Origin: Tubiluchus corallicola
Taxonomy: Eukaryota; Animalia; Priapulida
Direction of reading: 5' to 3'
DNA: 64,000 nucleotides
NCBI GenBank assembly: GCA_030141605.1
Contig: JAQGDQ010000100.1
Coordinates: 124,001 to 188,000 of the forward strand
The translations under genes were made by a program, and so were the position numbers. The notes beneath the pieces are model-generated. The model was not told the origin of the DNA and made no database searches. It saw only the letters and a program-made list of their open reading frames with translations. How positions within the stretch are numbered: position 1 is the stretch's first letter; each line of letters begins with the position of its first letter. Positions 38,501 to 50,000 of this stretch are shown one piece after another.

Positions 38501-41500
38501 TCAACATGAGTCTAATCTTTTTTATTTAACCCGAATCGGTAAAGTTATGTGCTGAAATATTCCATGTGAATAAAATTCATATCAGCAGTATAGCAGAATT
38601 GGATGTATAAGCCTATACGTTCAGACCCTTCGTTTGTTGATAGCCTTATGCCTGTGAAACCGTTAATCCGCCCTGCATGTATACCTAGTTTTGAATGAAA
38701 ATACCATATTGTTGTCGCCACATTGTTTTTTGATATGGCCAAAAATCTCTATTTGCCATAAGGCATGTGTAGTTTGATGCCATCTGTTCCTTTCCGATAA
38801 TCAATCAATAGCCAATTATCGGCGTCCAAATCTTTGCTGATTTATGAAATGATGGCTTGCAATGGGGGAAGTGCTGCTCGAGGTTGTCCTATTTTAGGCA
38901 GCAAAATAGGGTGTCAAAGTACCAAAAATTCTTTATGAATACGCGTGTAGGATCCTTATATAGATAAACAAACAGTTTTGCTATTTCATAACTTGATAAT
39001 TTATTAAGTTAAATAACATGAAAATAATATAGGCTAGCTCTATGAACATATTATAAGCATAGCTGTGTCACAAGTATTACTTGGCTTGACATTAATAGTT
39101 GCAATGAAATCTCGACTTGTATTGATAAACATTAGAAGGGTCACATTATTCTACATAAACAAGTTAATATTTTGTACTTCTTTTTTCGCTATGTACTTTT
39201 GATTTTTTGTTGTGCACTTTTGATTTTTCGCTGTGCACTTTTGATTTTTCGTTGTGCACTTTTGATTTTTTCCTAAGGACAATGGATATTTTGCTGTGCA
39301 CTTTTGAGCTTGAAATAGTGTAGAATAATCTCCTAAGATGTATAACACTAAATAATACAACACTTGACAGAAACTTTAGTAATTTATCTGTTTCTAATTC
39401 GATTTTGTTTCAAGCAATTAATGAAGAAGGAATGCCAATATAAGCGAAATCTCTTTATGCATTTTATTCATTAAAATTTGAAAAAATTGCTAATAACTGA
39501 ATGATGGTATTTTATTTATTTGGCACTCTTTCATTGTTGGAAGTCATCAATAGTTGTGCTCCTCGTGTCATAATAACTGTTGCTATACGTGCATTTGAAA
39601 AGTGATATAGCAGAATAGCTTAATCTATGCACATTATTTATCTTTAATACTAGACATCAATAATCATATGCATTAATGGATGTAGTTTAACATTTTTTCA
39701 TTTTTGCAACTTAGGGCTCGTACTAACAAAGCTAGGCCATTTGGTTTGTTACGATGATAACCGATACAGCGGACATCTCTTACATTTCTTCTCACTAGAT
39801 GGCTCACATGTCAAAACGATGCCTTTGAGCTTCCAGGAGGAATTGTCATTTGGCAGTAAAATTCGATTCATGGCAACCCACAATGACAAAATAATAATCG
39901 CAGATTTAGGTGAGATGTGTCTTCAAAGCTAGAATGTTTTTGTAGTACGTCCGGAGAATCTCACTATTCACCTTAGTTGTTATATTCCTAACATTTGTAT
40001 ATGGCATTGTTAAGAATTTTTGGAGAGCGATCTTTTAAAAATAAAAAACGATAAAATGGAAATTAAATTAAAAACTTCTAATTACAAAATGAAATTCATA
40101 TTAATACCTACTGGTTCAAGCGGTACATGACACTATAAAGATCACTGCCTATGACAAACTAGCCTGGTAAACATTTGAGTATGCTCAATAATGTAGACAG
40201 CTTCATTATTGTTGTGATATAGGAATTCATACAGTTCACTGGTTTATAGGTTATTTTACTCTATATATTTCATATGCGTAAAAGTCATTCAATTTTCTTC
40301 AAAGCCAGACCTTTACTTACGTCGATTCACTTAGGTGTTCTATTATAATGAAGATAAATTAGTGTAAAATAATTCCTGAGAAGTTTCCCTCACAAGATAG
40401 CTGCATTTAGCTGTAAACTGTAAGAAGACAGTGTTTAGTTGATACTTATTGTGCAGTACATTCATTTTGTGATCTAATTAAGCTATAGATTATATAGAAG
40501 CTTTCGATATTTTAGAAATTGAATTAACTGATAGTAAGCTTAAAATTTTAGTATTCAGATAAGTAAACTGATTCAGACTTCTGTCATCAAATTCATAAGA
40601 TTTGACAAGGAATATGATGTTGAAATTGGTTATTGTCTAATATTCATGAAAAGGAATGTTTGACTTGTTATTTGTGAATTATTTGGTCTGAGTAATAAGG
40701 AAATTTGGAGTTTGCTTTTGTTTCTGTGCTCAGAAAACCTGCACTTACCGAGCCAAAACTATGAACAAAGACTGTACTTTTTCCTCTTTTAGACAGTATT
40801 TACTGTATGGTATAGTACATGCTAGGGTGTATGGCAATTTATCAGCAGCACTGCTGTAAAAAGCCATGTATGCAAAGAATATGGCATGCGGAAGTGCTTA
40901 AGCAAATAAGTGATTGTGAATAATCAAATCTTAATATTCATAACATATATAGGAATCATACTGAAGTAAAAATTGAATTAAAGAAGAGAAGATATTGTCA
41001 ATACGCCTGTAACGGCTAGATTTTTGGCAGACATGGTGATGTTTCAGAACTGATTTGTTTGTCTTGTTCAGAAGTAACTGCTGCAAATGTGTATATTCAG
41101 TTTCTGATTCATATTTTACATATTTTAGAAAAAGAATGTTTAAACTGCCAATTTGGTTTGAATATGTTGAGATAATATAACCATTTATCTTCTTTATTCA
41201 GGGCTAAGTTACATTTATATCACTGATTTAGAGGGAAGGTTAATAAAGCGGTTTGGTGGCAAATCCGGCGTTAGTAAGTCCACTGGAGGTTTATTTTGTG
41301 AACCGTCTGGCATCTCTGTGGATGGCGTAGGAAATATGTTCATCTCCGACAGCAGGAATCAGCGAATACAGGCATGTCACTGTATCTGTAGACTATTAGT
41401 TGAAAGACTGCAAAATAAATATGACTATAATATTATAGAGAAGTGTAATTGGCTTGCAAGGCAAGTGTCATTTGCTATCTAATTCAGAACAATTCATTTG

Positions 41501-42082
41501 CACAAATGCATCTTTTTTTAATACAACACAACAGTCATGCAAGCCGGGTGCAGCACTCAGCATCTAGACCTACTTAATGTAGACGGTTTTGGTGGAATTG
41601 GAACTTAACTCACTCATGGATAATCCTCTAAGATGAGGCACTGGCAGGCAGTATCTTAGTCATACATCCACTCTCAGTGAGGGTAAATAGTTGCAGCAAG
41701 CCTGGCCTATGAAACCTCCAAGAATCATTTTCCTGGCAATCACTGGTATAAACACACTTTTTCTTTTCTAAGCGAAACCAGGATTTTTTTTAGAAGTTCC
41801 TTCCAAACCATTCTGCTTTCACACTTTCTCACAAAATGTATCTCATTGGTGGCAGTAAGATATTGATACAATTCTGTTGATGTTTATGACATAGTAATGA
41901 ATATTTTTCAGCTGTTTAATGCGGACGGCAACTTTGAAGACGTACTCAGACTCGACACAAGGTTGACACGCGTGTCCGATATTCATTTGACTAGTGACAA
42001 CCGTTTGCTTGTGCTGGATTTCACAGGACACCGAGTGCTAGTTTTCAAACTAGTGCAAGGTCAAAATATTCCAAAGCGATAA
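20561..42082 (+). CDS. TRIM-NHL-like protein (coiled-coil + filamin/Ig domain + long S/P-rich linker + NHL repeats; TRIM2/3/71-type C-terminus), 19 coding exons: 20561-20634, 21279-21374, 22374-22521, 22707-22793, 26786-26942, 27492-27690, 28181-29201, 29887-30019, 30379-30482, 32162-32255, 32890-33047, 33430-33505, 34503-34607, 34745-34840, 35035-35180, 35988-36171, 39715-39909, 41202-41371, 41912-42082; ~1137 aa
   Basis: All exon phases are compatible and give one open frame. Filamin signature: LTVTKPDG...DNHNRVYTMAMIPDDVGNYSVSVKIYDHHIINSP. NHL repeats: FTFPIGISA...IIVCDTGKNTVKVYD, SPSAVVV...IAVKDNHRIYIFD, FCEPSGISVDGVGNMFISDSRNQRIQLF. The heptad-like helical N-terminal segment suggests a BBC coiled-coil. 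The start codon and linker exons are less certain than the filamin and NHL exons. Confidence 0.85.
25570..26140 (+). mobile_element. Interspersed repeat, possibly a non-autonomous Helitron-like element, copy A
   Basis: About 570 bp homologous to the reverse complement of 37305-37885. It starts from a (TA)n tract and is richer in GC than its flanks. The class assignment is tentative. Confidence 0.6.
28512..28628 (+). repeat. 36-bp coding tandem repeat (3 units of 12 aa) in the TRIM-NHL linker
   Basis: LRNNDECIITRD / LCNRDEYKFTHD / LHSNDECMITHD / LR. Confidence 0.85.
30638..31573. mobile_element. Tigger/pogo-like non-autonomous DNA transposon, copy 2 (intron of the TRIM-NHL gene)
   Basis: Ends tagtaggcgccgcttaat / attaaacggcgactactg, flanked by TA. 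Internal sequence is homologous to copy 1. A residual VSEQTIQNCFSH motif (~31141) resembles the pogo/Tigger transposase C-terminal TIxNCF. Confidence 0.82.
36940..37180. repeat. CAC/ACC-rich low-complexity tract plus (GAT)n
   Basis: Degenerate (cacac/cacca)n and gatgacgatgatgatgat runs. These explain the His/Thr-rich spurious ORFs here. Confidence 0.85.
37305..37885 (-). mobile_element. Interspersed repeat, possibly Helitron-like, copy B (inverted relative to copy A; nested in the foldback-like element)
   Basis: Reverse complement reads tatataatagatttgaagctacagc...ggcaccatttgcggcgatcta...atgatgtgggctatattttagg...caaagccattgttgtgacgtcatcc, as in copy A. Confidence 0.6.
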
Positions 42083-43150
42083 ATACATATTTGTCAATAT
42101 AAATTTATGCAACGTTGCTTTGATGTTTTACAGATGCACATGTTTCAAACACTGCATTCAACGTATGTTAATGTGATGTTTTTATATAAAACTATATATC
42201 TTATAGTTAAAGAAACCAGTTGATAAAGAGTATTGTGGTACTTGTTAAGCATTGTGGTACTTCTTGAAGATATCATTCATAGTGCAGAGTATTTCAGCAA
42301 CAAACGACAAGTTTCTCCCCAATCTGTTGTAAAACAGTCAAAATTGCCTTAACTAACAACATAACCATTTTTGATATTACACGAAGTCTTGTTTAGCTTG
42401 TGAATTTCGACATTTACATAGATATTTCCCTTTCTCCTAACCAGGCACAAAGTTTGGCATTGTAGCCATGGAACTAGGCTAATTTTTGCAAAATACATAA
42501 ATATGTTTATTCATTTACAATTGTATTTTTTTTGAGGTAAGAACATGTTAACCGGCTATAACGTTCAATTAGCAGTATTATAACGGAAGTTTTTGTTTGC
42601 TGTGCAGCACTGCCAGACTACTTCACACAAAAGAAACCTGACCTATTACACGCAGTAGGCATGAAACTGTCAATCATTTTTTAAATGGTAATAGTTTCCA
42701 CTTTTCACATTTCAGCCATTTTTTATTTACATTTTGTCCTGCAAACATGGATACGTATCTCTCCAAAATGTCATTAGTTTGCACCCTTTTTCTTGTGACA
42801 AGTTTGTAGTTGTCCGTAATTAGTAATTATAGCGGTACTGTATAATATTAAACACATACTCACTATCTACCAAATCTCATGCACATTTTTGTAAACTGTA
42901 AGCTATGTGCTATAATTATAAATCAGAAATCGTTCTATAATCTTGTACACGTATAATAGTTAGTTGAACACCTATTGTATTTATAAGACAGCAGGTTTAT
43001 ATGATAAATCTGCTTATATCCCATGTTTAATGTTATTTGCTTTTAATCTTGAAGGCTTACTAAAATTATGCTTTGGTTTGTTTTTTTTTACATCAAGATA
43101 AATGTGTAACAAACATGTCTGTAAAGGATTACAGGCTTTTTGTGGCAGTA

Positions 43151-43156
43151 AATAAA
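43151..43156 (+). terminator. Candidate polyadenylation signal (AATAAA) of the TRIM-NHL gene
   Basis: AATAAA about 1.07 kb after the stop codon and upstream of the opposite-strand VPS51 candidate signal. Confidence 0.35.
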
Positions 43157-43501
43157 ACATTTTCTAAGTGCTTTACTACCGTCATTTAAAAAGTATGTAT
43201 TAAACTGATAAAAAGACCGCGGATATCTTTACATCGTTACTAGTTTATATCCACAGTAGTGAGATGTATTCTTATTTCAGTATAATTACCTTTCAGTTAT
43301 TCTTTACAGTATCATATGTGTTGAACTTTGGACAGATTTAATTTTTATACATTGATATATATTTCTGCTGTTTGCAATTTATACTCATTCTATCTAAATC
43401 GTATCATTAAATACACTTACGACTTGCAAACTAAAACCTGCTTGATCAGCTATCTGATTTGTTTGTTTGATAAACATTTCAAATAGACAGTGAAAGATTT
43501 T

Positions 43502-43514
43502 TTTATTTTTTATT
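43502..43514 (-). terminator. Candidate polyadenylation signal(s) of VPS51
   Basis: Tandem AATAAA on the minus strand about 0.57 kb past the VPS51 stop. Confidence 0.4.
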
Positions 43515-44086
43515 GGTTAGCAATATTTTTATAATATGCTAATTAATCATTCTTAAGTTTAGTTTTTTATTAGAAAAAATGTGTACAACTTTTTTTAGTT
43601 ACAACATTTTTTGTACATCTCCATTAGAATCAGTGTAAACCCGATTCTATCAGAGTACAACTCAAGAGTGTAAAATTGCATGCCTTTAGTTGATAAAATT
43701 ACAGAACTGCAGTGCACTTAAAAGTGTTTTTGATGTACAATATTTTATACATTACTTACAGTGAATCACAGTAAGATCTAAACAAACTATTATTTGTACA
43801 CAACACTGCATAAGAAGTTCCACCTTCACTATTCATGTAATTTAACCATTTTCACAACTTTGTGCACTCACGTGCAATACAAACTAAGAAACTAATATAA
43901 CAATACAGGGCATATTCCAAAATGTTGAAACTTGACTAAACTTGCAAAACCGCAGATATTGCTAAATGAAAACCAAATCCAATGTCAGACTAGAAGCACA
44001 GTCATTTCCAGATACAACAAAGCAGGTTAGGTTCTGTACTTTCTGCCTGTGAGTGCCAATACATGAAGCTCAAACCCTAGAAGAGC

Positions 44087-47000
44087 TCATCCCCTTTCAC
44101 AGATCAACTCTATGACCTAAATAAAAAGATATAACTTTGTATTAACTAATGAAAGTTGTTACATCACTTGATCACACGCATTACTGCATACAATTTTCCA
44201 GTTAATTATAATCCTACGACATGTCTAATATAGATTATATCGATTAGTAATGAATTAAACATATAAATTAAAAAACTCAAGGCTGAACTTAACCAAAATG
44301 AACAAACTGTGACAAAAGTGGAACTGAGTCTGGATTTGAACCGCCTTGTTTAACTTGTGGGAGAATTGTACAAGAGGAATGTAATCTAGTGACTTGAGAT
44401 GCTGCGCTTGTAACCTAAATGTTCGCAATTCAAATCTAGGTTATTCACAAAGGATGAGATTTAAAAGGTTGGATTGAACTAACACAACACATTAGCAATT
44501 CATTTGCAAATCTGCATACATTTCCAGTTATTTCACTCAGATTGCACCTATGTAGTTTTCCTTATTTGCAAAAAATAATCACTAGAGATGGCAGAATACT
44601 ATTACATCGCAGAATTATTATAATGCTATTTCACAAAAGTACAATAAAAATGCATACGTACACTAGGTTCCATCATTACAGGATCCAAACATCTATGTGC
44701 ACTGCTGCACACAATCTCGTCCAGTAGAAAATGAACAAGACTGAAAAAACAAAACAAACACAGTTAGACTGTTTTATTAATGAATCAAGAGGTACATCAC
44801 AGAAATCTGGTGTACGAAGTGTTCCAATATTTTTACAAATCGTAAAACATTGTTTTACACCAGAAATAGATGTATAGCGTAACACACTCTTCCTTTATTT
44901 TGCAGCTTTATCTCTTTAATAACTATAACTATAGTTTGGCTAAATTTTAAATGCATACACATAAATACGTCACATAAGAAAGACCGACAATTGAAACCTT
45001 AACAGTTGCTGATTACAGCATAGAAGAAAATAAAACTGGAGGGCCTAAAGGATGCCTTTGGCTAGGTAGTTTGAAGCAAACAGTCGACTTTTGCACATTT
45101 TGTCAGGTGTACAATTTCCTTTTAAGATGTAATCAGACCTACCACTGAAAACTACTACTTGGAAAAAAAGAATCTCTACACTTACTTTTCATCTGACACA
45201 AATCTCCATAAATATAACTGCAGGTAATGCGTATCAACCTGAATTTGCTGCAACCCATACCGACCGAATGTTCTTAATCTAACACACTCCAGGAATGTCT
45301 GAAATAAAAAGTGCTTTGGTTAGTGAATGTGATCAATAGATTACAACAGTGGCAACGCGCAGTTGGCAATGAGCTTTAGAGTTACCTTTCAGTGTTCTTA
45401 AGATCTGGTTTCATGAAAAAAACATTTATGAAGTGCTTTATAAGCCATAGCACTTTATAACACATTTAAATAAGATCCTGAACATTTAACATGGAAATGT
45501 TGCTAAAAAATGCAATCAGAGTTGCACTCACCTTTAAGCTAATCTTTATGATGCCAGTCAATACAGATACTTTGGAAAACTCGACTGTGCTGAATATCTC
45601 TATGCGTTCAGAAAACAGTTTCTGAATATTACTCATGAGACTGTTGTCTATCGTGCTGAAAAAACGACTACTATTGATCAGTGATGTTCTACAGAGCAAT
45701 GCTACACAGAGTTCAAGTAGAAGCAGTATGTAAAACTCTTTGCACAATGGCAAATAATTCCACTATGTTATGATAGTTAGTCTGCTCTAGATTCAGTGAA
45801 TTAACATGCGTCATTTAGAAACTCTTCAAGGTAACATAGAGATTTTTTATGTAATGTACCTAGGTGTAAATCGTCCCCACTGTGAGCGCTGCTGCTGCCT
45901 AGTCATACTGTAATTAAATGTCCGCTTGCTGGAATCACTGCTTCTTTCTTTTCTTACCCCTTCCTCATACAGCTGCCCTACCTGGAAGTAATGATATAAC
46001 ATACAACGTATTTGCATTTTGAACAAACTGCCTAGCACAAAAATGCAGCATTAAATTACTTCACTGGCAGCTCTTTCTTAAACAACTTAGTTCAGCTAGT
46101 TTAACTTCTGATTATTAGGCGAATTCACTGTATAATTATATATACAATAAGGAAAATAATTAATAATAATTCATATTAACTTAGATAAAAACACTATATA
46201 CTAAGATCATCATCACAACATACATAAGCAAATAATGTCAGAAATCTTTCATCTGCATGTAGACCAAAAGGAAAACTTATGAAGCTTTGGTACAATTAAT
46301 AGCGAATAATAGGCTGAGTAAAAAGATGTGGGCCAAACTAAGGGCAATAATGATGGTGATAATGAAATGATGATTGTATTAAATAAATGCTAAATCTGTT
46401 GATACGGAATCAGAGAAAGGAATAAAACAACAATGATACTGTGACAGAAGCAGGACAATCAAACATGACGAGATGTAAAAGCTTAAGTTTAACTTGTAAT
46501 TAGAACACAAAGAACGTGGAATTCAGAGCGACCTCTCCGGTAAACTAGACATAAGCTTTTATAACAAATAAGCTTTCCACTTTATGAACTTATACTTTAG
46601 CAGCCTTCTTACTACACAATGTACAACCACTGTCTGTCTACTTACTTGCATTTATAAATTCAATGATATTACCATGTTAAACAATCCTTGATTTCTAGAA
46701 TTTTACACACCTTGTAATTCACACATGTGTAAAGCAAAGACAAACAAAAGTATGCAATACTTGTGAGTCAATGGCAGTGATATCTTCCACAACTCTCTTC
46801 ATGACAGCCCTTACATTACGAGGCTCAATTGTGTTTAGCCAATCACGTGTTTCCACACTCTTTCTTAGCATCTGAGAAGCAAACAGGACATATTTTACAA
46901 TCCAAACTGCAAGTGCTAAAGCATAGCAAATTATACACAATAATGTCGGAATTACAGTTTTTCTGTTGCTTATACAAACTGCAAGTGCTAAAGCATAGCA

Positions 47001-50000
47001 AATTACACATGACAATGACGGAATTACAATTTTTGTGTTGTTTATATCTACCACGCATTTAAAAAAACAAATGCCTGTTTCACATGTACACCAACACATT
47101 ACTTACAGTCAAATTAGTATATCATTAAGAAACGCAATACAACTAATAAACAGCTACACTACATAAACAGCAAAGAGCACTGAATCCCTTAAAAAACATT
47201 GTCCAGCAGAAAGTAAAAATGCGTTACAAGATAAATGAGTTACAAAATACTTTACTCATTCTAACTCATGATTTCAATGGTTAAAAATTAATGTGAAAAC
47301 TCTGAGAAACATGAAAATTTACTATCAGTTCTAGCACATTAACTAAAACCACACTATGCAATACAAGAAAGTTTTATATTATATATGTTATTAACTATTT
47401 TCTCAAGTAATTAAACAATTAAGCTTACACTCAGCATATAGTTCAGCAAGTGAATTTTTGCTGTGAAAAAATAGAAATTAATAAACGTAGTGGTTGACAA
47501 GAAGCACTACACTACTAAAAACTTACTAAATAACAATTTGTTGAAGAAAGAAGCATTTAAAAATTATGGATTGCAGATACAGTGTTTTTTCCTCAACAAC
47601 CTGGCCACCAATTTTACTGAAATTTCTTTTAGACTATGAAGATTACTAATTTCTGATTTCTTACTGTTGCAACCATATTTTATTTTCAACTTGAATTAAA
47701 GCAATAAATCTACATACTTGAGAAATTATGAGGCCTTGCATACTGACGTAATGGTTCAATAGTTTCTGAGCTCCATCGCGGTATAATTTACAAATCTTGC
47801 TGACAGGAGTGATCTTACTGCGATCTTCAAGTAAAAACTGTTCATCAACCAAGTTCACCTAAACAAAGTCCAATTATAACATACTAACTTCAAGTTTCAA
47901 TATCGAGTTTCAAATGTTAAAAATGGCTTCCTGTTAGCAGCTGCATTCATGTGACTTTGAAGGTAGGCAACACTAACATTAATTAACCTACCAAGTAAGA
48001 GGCAGTTGCATTATCAAAATCTATACATAATCGAGAAAGCAGCAGGAGGAGAGTTGGAGGTGCTGAACTCTTATCATTCGTGTTACTGCAAAATTCCTGC
48101 AAAACCAAACAAATAACAACATAAACAAGATAGCTCGTTTGATGTAGCCTAATTTGATGTTGACTATCATAAATGATGAATTTATTCTAGTTATAAACTT
48201 GATCTATAAATTTCATTAATTTGTTGATAATACACATATGCAGCTAGTTGTGTTCAACCTGCTATTTGAAGAAATATAGGTTTTGTTGTGCATACAAAAC
48301 TAATAATATTACAGCAAAACAAGCAAAAAAACAGATAAGGCAGTGGTAATGGATTTTGTAACAGTTGGTGCAATATTTGGAAGACTTTTGCTATTGAGCA
48401 ATTCAATAGTAAGCTTTGCCATCTATGAAAGGCTAAACTGGGAAGATGAAAACAATGCACTTACCATTGCAGTGCTATGTATGTGAGTTAGAAAGGCAAT
48501 TAGAAGCCCTTCACGTACTTCTTGCTTGCAAAAGTTGCCGCGAAAATATGGCTTCATAGCAAATGTGATGTCTGCCCCAATAAAAGCCTTGGAAAAACAA
48601 ATGAAATTTAGGTTATACAAAAAAATCATTTTACTAAAAATTTGCAGTCTAAATAAAATATGAAAATTTTGCTAACACATGGATAGTACATGAACTTTGT
48701 AGACTGTTACAGGATAGCATTTATGGAAAATTTGCACTGGCTATTCTTTTTGAACTTAAAACAGAAAATTAGTATCCTAAACTAGTTCTCTGGACGAATT
48801 TGCTCAATTAGTGTCAGTACTCAATTAGCTACATTATTTAAAACACGAACTACAGCCAGTCTTTAATGAAAAATTATTCATCAAAAAATGCCTAAAATAT
48901 AGTGGTATGTTTGTCAGAAATTTAAAAAAAAACATAATAGCTCTAATACCTAACATTGTACACTTGAAAATACTGCAGGTAGACGCATGCTACACACACC
49001 TGTAAATTTGACAGAATAGATTTCACTTCATTTACAATGGAAGACTGCGTTGAAATCAACATTTCACTCAAATTATTACCCGTTGCACCTTCAGCCTTGG
49101 CAATCAACTTCGGAGCTGCCAAATTTTGTCGAATGTCAGTTAAGCATTCTAAAAACAAATATGTTAATACAAGTATGTTTAGCCTCAACCAAAGTTAAGC
49201 AATGTCGAGCCTAATAAGTGACTAGATGAGGGAGTCAGATGGACTGCTAAAAATTACTTTTGTGTGGTTGCATCTATTTTATTGTCGTAACTCTTTAGTT
49301 TACCGACGACTGAACCTCTGCCGACTTATTGTCTCTTCTTAAAAGAAAAGATTATGCTTGATAACAAGGCTCCATTCCTACCACAACCGTCAACTTTCAA
49401 CAAGCCCTGCAGATAAGTGTGAGATCCATGGTGCAGAATGCCAAACTGTCTAAAAAACTGTACAACAAAAAAAAATGGACAAACTTTCTCACTAATGACT
49501 GCTGTTTTTCAAAGCATATCTTTCTTTTTAAACAGATGTTCTTAGGATCAACAACTATCAGAAGTGAGCAGACTGCATGTAAAAGCTAAAGCTCAAATCT
49601 GTTAATTACCAGAAAAGTGGCGCTTAAGTGTTTGTAAATAGTGAGAAACTCGGTCATGTGCAGCTCTTGACACTATATCTGTTCCAATCCTACAATAACA
49701 AATAAATAATTAAGAAATGGTCAGCAATGTTAAAGCATTTACCATAAATTATAAATGTTATTGCTTATTGTAAAAACAAACAGCAACAGTATGACTTCCA
49801 ATTATGCTAAAGCTATTAAAATGACAATTTATCACAGCTACAAGTTTACTGTAAACATGACAAGAGTCAAGGGATTATTTACAAATGGGCTAGCTAGGCT
49901 GTAACCTAGGACATCAAATTTTGAGGGGCTCACTGTTAAAAATTTTTTGTTCTCCTTAGAAAATGCATATCCTTTTACAGTCATATAAAATGTGCATTTA

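Larger units (their letters stand above)
36295..39324. mobile_element. Foldback-like DNA element with ~200-bp terminal inverted repeats built from 21-bp subrepeats
   Basis: 36295-36500 and 39120-39324 are reverse complements. Both contain tandem AAAAAATCAAAAGTGCACA(G/A)C units plus a shared ttaacttgtttat..agaata.tgt tail. No clear TSD was found. Confidence 0.72.
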
